A stretch of DNA of 55,657 nt from Ancylonema sp. (lineage: Eukaryota): contig JBFLGF010000010.1 in the NCBI GenBank assembly GCA_050230475.1, positions 62,001-117,657 of the forward strand. The letters run 5' to 3'. Below the pieces are notes generated by a model. That model was not told the DNA's origin, did no database searches, and worked only from the letters and a program-made list of their open reading frames with translations. Position numbers and translations under genes: made by a program. Positions 1 to 9,955 of this stretch are shown here, piece by piece (the stretch's first letter is position 1; every line of letters starts with the position of its first letter).

Positions 1-1366
1 GCACCCCACAAATATAAGTGATCATCTTTCCATATTCTCCATCCACTTCCATCAGAACTGAACCCACATGTGTAACACGGATTGTCCCTGTCATGAACCT
101 GAGGGTGATTTATTTCTCGACACATTCCAATGAGTGGAACGACTCGACCTCCGTGCATACATGATGAGTGGATCCCGAATCTAGCAGCGAGCGTCTCTGC
201 TCCTCCACCTTTTCTTCTCGATACAATCCGCCTAGCATCACGTCTTTGGTCTGGGCCGTGCCTGAATTCGTCGATGCGTCTCAGGTCACTTCAGCTCGTG
301 ACTCCGTGAGTACATATCCCTCGTAGAAACAGTCCTTCTCTCCTTCAAATTGTTGAACCTCTGCTCCCGATGACTGGCCTCCTCTTGGGTGACGATGACT
401 GCTTCGAGATCCCTCGCTGTTGTTCTGGCCTTGTCGATTTTCCGCCCTAGCTATACCGTTGCGTTTGTCTCGACACGCGTTCTCGATTCGGCCTCCTCTT
501 CCGCAGTAGTCGCAGCGGCTGTTCCGAACCTTGTAGTCGCGTGACAAATGCCTTATCTGACCGTAGGAGTAGGATGCGCGTGCTTCTCCCTTCGAGTCGC
601 CTCTGGGACCGCTGCTTTTCTCTTCTCGTCGATTACTAATGTTGCGCTGGCTCCACTAGGCCTCCATTTCTGCCTGATGCGCCGCGCCTTCGACCTTCGT
701 TTGGTTGTCTTTCTTCTCTTGAAAATCCATGTCGAGGTCTCTTATCGACTGTTCGAGCTTCTCCATGGTGGGCTTTGTATCCGCCAGCTGATAGCTCGTT
801 TTAATCTGCACATATTGCGGATTGACCCTAGCTAGCAAGAGTCTCCGAGCGTGGTCGTCTCTCACCGTCACACCCTAATATTTACATTCTCGTGTGAGGG
901 CCTGAAAGCGACTTATTGTTTCGTTTTCAGTCTCGTCGGGTACGTGTGCAAACATCATGAGAGATATATTGGCCATATCACCAGAAGCCGTTGAGATTCT
1001 TGCGTATTTGTCTTTAATTTTCTTCCACAGTTCTACCGGGTTGCTTTGTTCATCGACGTAGTTAATCGCTTCATCATCTCGCAGAGATTGCATGATCATG
1101 CTGCTCGCCCTGCTCTTTGGCTTATCCCATTTTGCTTGCGCTGCAACCGCCGCGTCGATGGCTCTCTGGTTTGTTGTAACTCCGGCTGCCACGATTGCCA
1201 CTGGAGGGGCAGGGGGTCGCAATTATGTTTCCAATGTCAATTCTAGGGCCTCCACGTTGTCAAGTGCCCTCTGCATCTTTGCTTGCCACGCGACGAAAGT
1301 TTTACTGGTCAATTCATAGTCTTATCGCAAATTTCCGGCTGTGATACCATGTTCACATTCAGCCAT
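1..1366 (-). mobile_element. Degenerate Ty1/Copia gag-protease region (runs off the window's left edge)
   Basis: Minus-strand translation gives a gag N-terminus (FVAWQAKMQRAL), a UBN2-like segment (PVELWKKIKDKYA), two decayed zinc knuckles (SYSYGQIRHLSRDY; CDYCGRGGRIENAC) and the protease motif LLDSGSTHHVC at ~150-190. Several in-frame stops. Confidence 0.85.
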
Positions 1367-2184
1367 GATTTCGACCGATCAATGTTTTCTAATTGAGTAC
1401 TGACAAAGTTCCCGACTTAGTTCCCAAAAATGTTCCCGATTCTGTTCCCGACTTGGTTCCCGATCGTCCTTTCTTTCTAGGACAGAGTTCACCTGGCCAC
1501 TTGTCTATGTCATCATTTGGTAGGCTACGACTCTTTCACGCTGACACGATTCTCGCCTACTAGATGCTTCAATATCAGGAATCCATTTAGGAACTCACGA
1601 CAGGCAGGTTACACAAATGCACGAGATGCACAAAATGTAGATGATTGGAGTGAATTGATTTAGGATTGTCGCCTAGTAGGCTATATCCTTGTGAGTACAA
1701 ACTTTCTGGAATCATCTACGGTACCGGATAATGTTGCGGCGCCGCTATCCTAGTCAGCATGTGGTCCCCTCCTTGTCATCTTATTTAACTATGCTTTCCC
1801 CCTATGCCTTGTCGATATCTCTGAAATATGACTAGACAATCAATGCTTCCCAATGTCGTACAAATCAAATGATGGTCCCCTTTATTTACCGATACTTCCC
1901 TTGCCAATTATCAACCCCTAATATTGTCGATTTCCAGCACTCAATGTATTTACAATTAATATCTCAATATCATATAGCGAATGTTTCTTATATACATCAC
2001 ATTTGGACTGTACAAACTATAGATGGACGCGCGCCGTGCACAAGATTTGCGCACGCGTGCGGCAAGCTCAGTATTCGACTTATGGACGTCGAAATTGGAC
2101 TAAGTAGTGAGCACTTACCATTTGCATTGTATGGAGTTCGATATAACGTTTGAGGCCCTAAATTGTAAGTGTAAATTATATTGC

Positions 2185-2420
2185 ATTGTTGTAACCGGTT
2201 CATCAATTACATTTCATGATTTTGAAAACATCCCACCCCCCCATGGGGTGTAGGAAGTTACCCCCCCCCCCCCCCAAGGTAAGAATATAATTTTAGCGCC
2301 TAAGGGCGCGCACCGTGCGCGAGATTTGCGCACGCATGCGGCACACGTGCGGGACGCGCACGCCAAAGACCCATTTATGGTAAAAAAGCAAAAAAAAAAC
2401 GCAAAATATTTTCTTGCAAC
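2185..2420. repeat. Dispersed repeat, related copy at ~35315-35490
   Basis: Shared motifs tgtaaccgg...gcgcgagat(t/c)tgcg...gcg(c/t)acgccaaa(g/a)accc. A partial third copy lies at ~2025-2065. Confidence 0.5.
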
Positions 2421-2544
2421 GAAGAGTTTCCTATGACGAAGTTTTTTATATCGAGGTTTGAGTGTATCCACTCTCCTCCCATGACAATGATGGTGGCACA
2501 AAACCCGTTTTCTCCGATTGAGCATGTCGGATAGTAAGCGAGGG

Positions 2545-2830
2545 ATGTAGTTCCCAGAGTCCCGCACCGCTTCTTGCGATGAAGAACGTTCCTCTCCATG
2601 GGGCCAATGCATCATGTGGGTGTATAGATCATTCAAGGCATGGCCACATGCGTGTGTATCGTATCCAATCAAACAAGGGTGGGGAAGGCCAAACCGAAGA
2701 CAGAGGGCAATAATAAAGTGGTCGGGGGAAATGCGGAAGGAGGCCAAAATCGGAATAGCATGCAATCAATGCCCTGAGTCAGCCCCAGAAGCGTACGCGT
2801 TTGAAATTATTCCCTTCAAATCGTAAATAT
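2545..2830 (-). mobile_element. Fragment of a CRE-like (RLE-type) non-LTR retrotransposon, C-terminal region
   Basis: SGADSGH*LHAIP...FIIALCLRFGLPHP...HACGHALND..THMMHWPHGEER...EAVRD resembles the GAWLxAxP / LRLGLP / CxCG...H..C / HDxVRD region of CRE-clade elements. Confidence 0.65.
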
Positions 2831-3111
2831 TTGAGAAACCCGCTACACAAACCCTCAATACATGCAACAACAATCCAACCATGCAACAATGCAACAATCG
2901 CCACAAATTCCTTTGTTTTGGTGTGTCTTCCCCCCCCCCCCATTTTTTTTTTTGTTCACCACCCAGAAAATATACAAACGTACGGTACAAACGTAAACTG
3001 ATTTGTACGAAATCGGTTTTTTAATTTAACACACGTCGAATATAAAGTAGCACAGTGAAGAGGTATACAATACACCTCTTTAATGTACCCCTTTGATTGT
3101 ATACCGTACAC

Positions 3112-4540
3112 TAGGGTTGGGTTTTAAAGGCTTTAAATCCCCCATGGTACATTAATAACCCTAAAAACTTGAAATCTTAATCACCTTAATTTGTTAATAA
3201 GCACCAAAGAGGTTTTTTCCGGAGCCGACTCATCTCACCAAACTCATTTGCGACCTTACAAATTGTTTATTATAAAGAAAAAAACAACGTTTCACACGAA
3301 TGCATACATGTTGATATTCGAACCGTTCATTGATGTGTGTGAGTTCGTTCTAGTTGTAATTGCACATTATCTCTTCATGCACCTTTCTTATTCTCATGCA
3401 CATACACGTCCAAGGAAAACAATACTTAGCCATAACCACTATTTATTAACGCAATTTCATGATATGGATATATAGATATTAAAGGCATCATAATGGTCGT
3501 AGACCATGATTGAAAGGACATCACAAGTACTGTTGCTCTCATGATCTATCTCGTCATAACAAGGAGGACTCTCGGTCTTTATAAGACGAGTCTATACTAC
3601 AAAAAAAATCATGAAATTGTCGTTTAACTTTCATTCTAAATGTGTTCGACCATAAGGCAAACCCATGCACCCTCGTTCTCGAGTGCATATAGAGAACCCA
3701 CAATTGCAATTTCCTATTAATCGATAGACTCCGCCTCCCCAAACAAGGACTCTTACACCCCCAAAGGCATTCGATTAGACAATGAACTAGAGTTGAAGGA
3801 ACACAAGGTTGGTTGAAAAGTTCGAGTGAAGTGAAGCCCTGTAAAAACGGTACACCCTCACCTCATCAAACGGTACAAATTCCTTCAACCACGTGCAATT
3901 TGGAATGTTTGGCAGTGTCACCGCTTCCATGTGCTTGCTTTGATTCTACGCCAAGAATAGCGGCCTTCTAATTATTTGTCCGATTGGCAGAGCTTCGAAT
4001 GTGAGCCTTCATGTTCTCATCGCCCCCCCCGACTCTTATTTCTCCTCCAATATTTCCCGGGTTTGAAATTAGTATATGTTGCGAAGGCAACAAAATTATA
4101 CAAAGTCGACAATAAAGCGATGGCGTTGACAACACACTTTTACAATACATATATGAACTCAGTCCATTGTTCCCGCCTCGAAGCATGTGGTGCACGACGC
4201 CCAAAAATAAATTTGTTCTTCTTCAACTTCGTGAAGTATTTCCACATAGGTCCCGACAACCTTCCCCCTTTTCGTGCGGCACGAGTTTGACGACGCATCT
4301 CAAAAGCATCAACGGACTCGCCAGTTGGCATTTGATAATTTTAGTATCCACTCCGAATCCATTACCTAACAAATGTGCAAACAAATAGCCGTTCAAGAAC
4401 GAGGCAGGCGTACGAAATAAAAAATCTGCACTTACGTAGTTACGTGGTGTTTTAAAGGGTTTTTACGGAACCACATTTGAAGGGTCCGAAAATTCAAGGG
4501 ATTAAAATCCTTAACTTAAAAAACTTTATTAAGGCTCTTA
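3112..4540 (-). mobile_element. Highly decayed DNA transposon remnant with BED-finger-like N-terminus (hAT-like)
   Basis: GGRLSGPMWKYFTK... and ...DENMKAHIRS resemble the W..F and H ligand region of a BED zinc finger. TAGGGTTGGG end-like motif at 3112. The DDE core is not clearly recognisable. Confidence 0.4.
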
Positions 4541-4559
4541 AATGGGTATAGGACAAAGG

Positions 4560-6640
4560 GGGCATGCACTGGCTAGCGATGATGTGGCCACTATGCCAAG
4601 AATGGGAAGGTTGCATCTAGATCTGATAGGTCCTTTTGGAGTCACATCAATGCATGGAGATTTTTAGTACGCACAGACAGGGATAGAGGTAAATTCTCGA
4701 CTGTCTACAGTATCTCTTCTCAAGCACAAGAGCGATGCCCTCAGTCAAACACGCATCACTGTACAGAAACTGGAGGTTGAGTCAGGACTGCCGTTAAATT
4801 CGATCAGGACAGATGGGGGGGGGGGATATACCAACAAGGAATGGACAGATTATTGTGAGGATAAAGGCATCAAGCATGAACTAGCTGCCCCCTACAGTCC
4901 ACAACAAAACGGTATGTGTGAACGACTGAACAACATTGATGGAGAAGATGAGATGTCTGCCGATGTGGTCAAAACTGCCAAACATACTGGGATGTGGCAT
5001 TAATACATGCAATAGTTAAGGAACAGGACCCCCACTAGTTCATTGACAGGGGGGATCCCTATTGAGAAGTGGACTGGACGCACTATCAAACTGGACAGGA
5101 GTCACACATCGGCTGCCTAGTGCAATACTTGAAAGTAGGTCATGATAAGAACAAACAAGGGTTCATAAAGCAGGGTGTGGAACGTTTTGGGATGGCAAGC
5201 TGTAACCCTACCAAACTACCCTTATCACCTGGGCTAACATGTCACCAAGAAGATGAACCTCTTTCTCCCCCTACACCTGAACAGATAACAGAATTCCGGG
5301 TCAAAATTGGGTCACTCATTTATGCAATGAAACACACCAGACCGGATATTGCACATGCATTGGGGGTACTCGCAAAACACATGGGGACTGGGACTGCTCA
5401 CATAAAAGCCCTACACCAACTGTTCAGATACTTAACGGGGACAGTGGATCACGGACTATGCTACGTAAGGAGAAAGAAGTTAGAGATCAGGGGGTACTGT
5501 GATGCTAGTTGGAACAGCTGCAGTATGACTGGCAAGTCGGTCACAGGGTGGGTCACTACTGTTGGGGGGACTGCTTTAAGTTGGAAGTCACAGAAACATT
5601 AGTCTACAATCGCACAGAGTACAGCAGAGGCTGAGTATATTGCTGCCTGTAGTGTGTCTAAGGAATGCTGTTACCTGAAGTCGCTCCTGCATGAGCTCAA
5701 ACTCCCTAATGAAATTACAGTTTACAGTGACTCAATAGCCGCACTCTCCATGATCCAGAACCTAGTCCAGCGCCAGAAGGCCAAGCATTTCAATGTGGTG
5801 TACCACTGGGTGAGAGAGTGTCACAGAACTGGCGGGCTGAAGTATGTGTATCTGGCAGGGGCCAATCAACCAGCCGATATGTTCACTAAGGCACTTCCAC
5901 AGGTCTTGCTTGACAGACACGGAAAGTCTATAGGTTTTGGGGAGGGTTCACTGAAATGGGGGTGCATATTAAGTTCTAGGGGTTTCGGCTGCCCATGTTA
6001 TGTTTGGCAGGGGGTGTATGTTCTGTTTTCTTCTTGCAGAATGCACCTGTGGAGGGCTCTCAACGCTCGTCTATCCAGCTAAGTCACCTCACTCTTTTTT
6101 CTGCCCTGAAAACACTTAAGGACACCTGAAAAGTTTCAGATCTGCTTTGCATCTAGAGAGTTGTCAGTTGTTCATGAATTCTAGCACATGTGTGCCATTT
6201 ATACTATGTATGTTGTGTGAAAATTTCGTTGTTTTGATGAAGTTTTGAAAAAGTTGTGAAGTTTTGACAAAGTTGTGAAGTTTTGACAAAGTTGTGAAGT
6301 TTTGAGACAGTTGTGAAGTTTTGAGTATTTCAAGTTATTCGGAGAAAACTGCAGAAGTTTGACTTTTTGGTCATTTTTGTATTGCCCTAACTTGTGGTAT
6401 TTGTTTGGTATGTTCAGGGCTCCGGCCCGAAAAACGACTAAGGATGAGGAGCCATCGACATCTGGAGTTCCGATCGGCTTCCGATCGGCTGTGTTTTATG
6501 AGAGGGCCCCCTAGCACTTTTGTATGCTAGGGAAGACTTTACTATCCCATGGGCTATGCAATGGTTTCGCCATGACTTAGTAGATGGTAGTCCCTTGGTG
6601 CTGACTCAATGCCAAACTCGGCATGGCATCCGAGGGGTGG
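4560..6640 (+). mobile_element. Ty1/Copia internal region: integrase, truncated RT and RNase H (pseudogenised)
   Basis: Integrase LHLDLIGP...IRTDGGG...APYSPQQNGMCER. RT C-terminus IGSLIYAMKHTRPDIA. RNase H GYCDASW...SWKSQKH*STIAQSTAEAEYIAA...QPADMFTKAL. Frameshifts and stops are present. Confidence 0.92.
6238..6326 (+). repeat. Tandem ~19-bp repeat (gaagttttgacaaagttgt) x4-5 in the Copia 3' region
   Basis: Directly visible head-to-tail units without spacers. Confidence 0.9.
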
Positions 6641-7067
6641 TGTAGGATTATATCGGATAGCCATGCTTGCTAGTGTGCTAGTCCGGATTACCGGTTAGTG
6701 TAACCGGTAGGTTCCTGGGTGTGCTTATATTGAGGGGCCGGACTTATGTCCGGGCACCCGGAATATGACGTTTCGATTGTGCCGTTTTGTTGCACGTGTG
6801 TGGTCTAGATGGTTCCGGATCTAGTCGTTATGTCTTGTCAGACTGTCCGGCATGTGCCGTTGACATGATCTGAGTGTTGTTGTGTTTTGATAGGCCGACG
6901 GTCCGCAGATACGACCGTCGGCACTTGTTGATTCTTGTTTTGGACGAGTCGTGGTATACCTACACGATGCCGACCATTCAATAATTCCAACACAATACTT
7001 GTCATTGGTCATCTTTGAGGATTCTCTTCACACGATCTTGCACACCTATCACGTAACATCGCTAAAA
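6641..7067 (+). mobile_element. Copia LTR
   Basis: Starts TGTAGG immediately after the purine-rich PPT gaggggtgg (6632-6640) and is followed by the PBS ggttatgggcccac (7068-7081). The right boundary is uncertain (7051 or 7067). Confidence 0.7.
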
Positions 7068-7086
7068 GGTTATGGGCCCACAGGCG

Positions 7087-7507
7087 AAACCTGTCTTCAT
7101 GACTAATGTTTGAACCCAAAAAAAAATGAAATTAGGCTGGTTATTAATTTACGCATCACATTTTGGCTAAAAACATTTCTGGCGGACTATCATGCATTAA
7201 AATAGGCAGGTTATTAATTTTCACAGAACAAATTTAGACAGGTATCACCGTATTGTGACATCGCAATACAAAAATCTGGGAATTTTTGGTCACTATAACG
7301 TGTGTCACTATAGCGATTTTCACTATATAGAGTAGGTTTTTATATAGGAGTATAAAAATGGCAAAAAAATTGTCACTATATCGCGATTGTCACTGTACAG
7401 TGTGTCACTATATCAAGACTGCACTTGTAGTGACACCCCTGGCATTCGATATAGTGACATTATTTTCCAATGTCTATAAACTGTCACTATATCAAGGGTT
7501 TTCTGTA
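7087..7507 (-). mobile_element. Partial pogo/Tc1-mariner-type MITE (family of 51063-51619) plus the right end of a sister family
   Basis: 7087-7426 is the reverse complement of ~51063-51402. 7427-7507 ends ...gtcactatatcaagggttttctgTA, matching the terminus at ~48815. Confidence 0.8.
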
Positions 7508-7849
7508 TGAACAAGATATCGAAGAACAAAATATCTAACTCGATGTTGACATTGTGTATCGACGCCTGTAAACAATTTGCACCGTAATTCAGTTGCCATC
7601 CCCGCGACGTGGTTCGTTGAACGATGCGATTGCGTCTGCCCGCGAAAAGGATAAAATGGCCCTTCCGGCTGCCAGATCTGGTCCGAACGCGAGGTCGATT
7701 TCAGGCCCAGATTTGGAGAGAGTGACCTCGGTTCCTTCTCTCTTGATGCCTGGAAATTAGGGTTGTTGAATTGCGGGGCACTAAAAGTCGGCTGCTCCAG
7801 TTGGCGCATGCGGCAGGCCGGTGGGAGGTTGAAAAAGGAACGTGAAGCC

Positions 7850-9016
7850 ATGGAGACGCTGACTCCTCTGCAGGCGCAGGCGCAGGCGCAGGCTGCTCTC
7901 CGGAAGCGTGGTCAGAATTTCAGCGATGAAGACCTCGCGCAGCTTTGTCGATCATGGCTGGCGGTCACTCCTGAGGGCGGTGGGAATCCGAAGAGCGAGG
8001 TATTCTGGATTTCAGTCCAGGATGACTTTGCAGCGAAGTTCGGTGGAGTGGTCGAGCGGACGGCGCGCAGTTTGGAGACGAAGTGGTCACTCGTGCAGCA
8101 CTCTGTCGGCAAGTTTTGCGGGTGCTACACTTCTGTTGTGGAGATGTCAGCAGTCGAAATGTCAGAGGATGAAATAACACAAAAAGCCCTTCTTCTCTAC
8201 GCGAGCACCAACAGGGACCGCACGCCGTTCAGGATGCTAAATTGCTGGAAGATTCTGCGAAATGATCCGAAGGTAACGAAAGAGGTTCAGCCTCGGACAA
8301 GGGAAAAAAAATGAAATGCATACTTGAATTTCACTGTGGAGCGGATGCTCTGACAGCTGGTCATTTCAATGTGTTGCGCTCACACATTACGATTGTAAGC
8401 TCTGGATGATGGTTAGCACTCTGGCTCGTCAGCAATGTTTTTCTTGAACCTCAGTAATCCTAGGGGTTGCTGGAGGTGAAGTGCCAAAATGCCAGGAGTG
8501 GGTTGCGGTGTCGATGCAAGAAGCAAAGTGTGAAAGCTTGACTGAGCAACGACGCTTGAGTTCTCAAGTAAAAGAGTATCTGTCTAGTTCTAGAAGCTGC
8601 TGTTCCAGTAGCATTTGATCTTGCACCATCCGCCTGACATACAACCGTATGTATCTTGCCAGTGGATCGCCTTCCGAGAGCTGAAGGTGCCCCATAAACG
8701 AGAAGCCGAGCTCCCCTTGGCACTTCTGGAGTCTCCAGCTCGACCATTGAAGAGGGTCCACAGCATCAAGAATAGTCCAAAGCCAGAGGGGACATCATCT
8801 ATGCCTGTATCTGCGCCTGTGCCTGTGACGTCTTCGCCATTGGCCAAGGCAGCCGCTCAGAAAGCACAAGCGATGGAGGACGCTGCCAACCTAAACCTGA
8901 TGACAATATCGCTCGACAATCTCGAACCCGAAGCCGTGGAGTACATCAAGCTACGTCGACAGATGGTGATGAAGCTTTTGCGGGCCAGAGCAGCAGTGGT
9001 GCTTGCAGAAGAATGA
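7850..9016 (+). CDS. Myb/SANT-like plus NAM-associated domain protein (PIF/Harbinger ORF1-like), ~258 aa, 2 exons
   Basis: Exons 7850-8272 and 8663-9016 (GT..AG) join as CWKILRNDPK|W. Motifs NFSDEDLAQLCRSWL, FW, RTARSLETKW...VGKFCGCY and C-terminal LMTISLDNLEPEAVEYIKLRR. No stops. Confidence 0.85.
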
Positions 9017-9955
9017 GTGACTCATCTAGTTCTCTAGTTCCGGAGGACGTGTTTCGAGAACCTCGAGTAGATAGGTGTGGAACTGCTTGCTATTACTTTT
9101 TTGGGTGTATGTCATAGCCTTGCCGTGATCACATCATGCATGCGAATCGCTAGCCTTTTTTTCCCCCAATGAGATAGGTAGTGTAAGTGGGGAGGCAATC
9201 ATTGCGCTGTAAACAAGGCTGCTGGCTAGGATCTGTATATAACTTCGTGTGGGTTTAACCAGGTCTGGGAAGAGCATGTGAAGCCATTAGCAAGTAGTTT
9301 ATGTATGATCCTTGTTGGCCCGGGTCCGTTAGTACACCAACTAGTCGCTGTCAGGCTGGGAACTGCGTTTGAATCTTGGAGGATGTTATACAGATTGAGA
9401 TGTGGGTAGTTGAATCCCAAGTTGCCATACCTAATGTGAGCGGTAATGGATTGTGAAAAAATTACGAACGAGTCTTTTTTGCAAATATATTTTCCAGGCA
9501 TTTAAGCAATGCCATAAGATAGACAAACAAAACTTTAAACGTCACTTACGGTCTTTTCCCATTGACACACACATCATGGTGCCCCTGTACAAACTAGATA
9601 AATGGTTGTCAGATCTGAGTAGCCTACAATCAATAGACCTAGACAAAGCCAATAAAAATACTAGCAACAAGCAGATTATACTTCAAAAGATAAGTCGGTC
9701 ACATGCTTGGCGGAACTCGAGCGACCAAATCAATCAAACTGTACCACACTCTACCCCCATTTCCATTTCCATCTCCATCTCTCTACACAAACTGACAGTC
9801 CAATTTCGTTACAACGGTGGATAAACATATATTTACAGCTATACACCAAAAAAACGTAGTACAGACAACACTACAATAATTACTGCCACACTCGTGATGA
9901 GTCACAGATACGTAAGGACCACTGCCTGCAAAGGAACCTGCCACGTCACCGACAG

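Noticed and set aside
1337..1349. TGGTATCACAGCC on the minus strand, resembling a tRNA-iMet PBS
   Set aside because: It has one mismatch, lies within the apparent gag reading frame after the ATG at 1366, and no matching LTR could be delimited. Left unresolved.
6238..6326. Short direct-repeat array resembling CRISPR
   Set aside because: The units are contiguous with no unique spacers, there are no cas genes, and the array lies inside a Copia 3' region of a eukaryotic genome.
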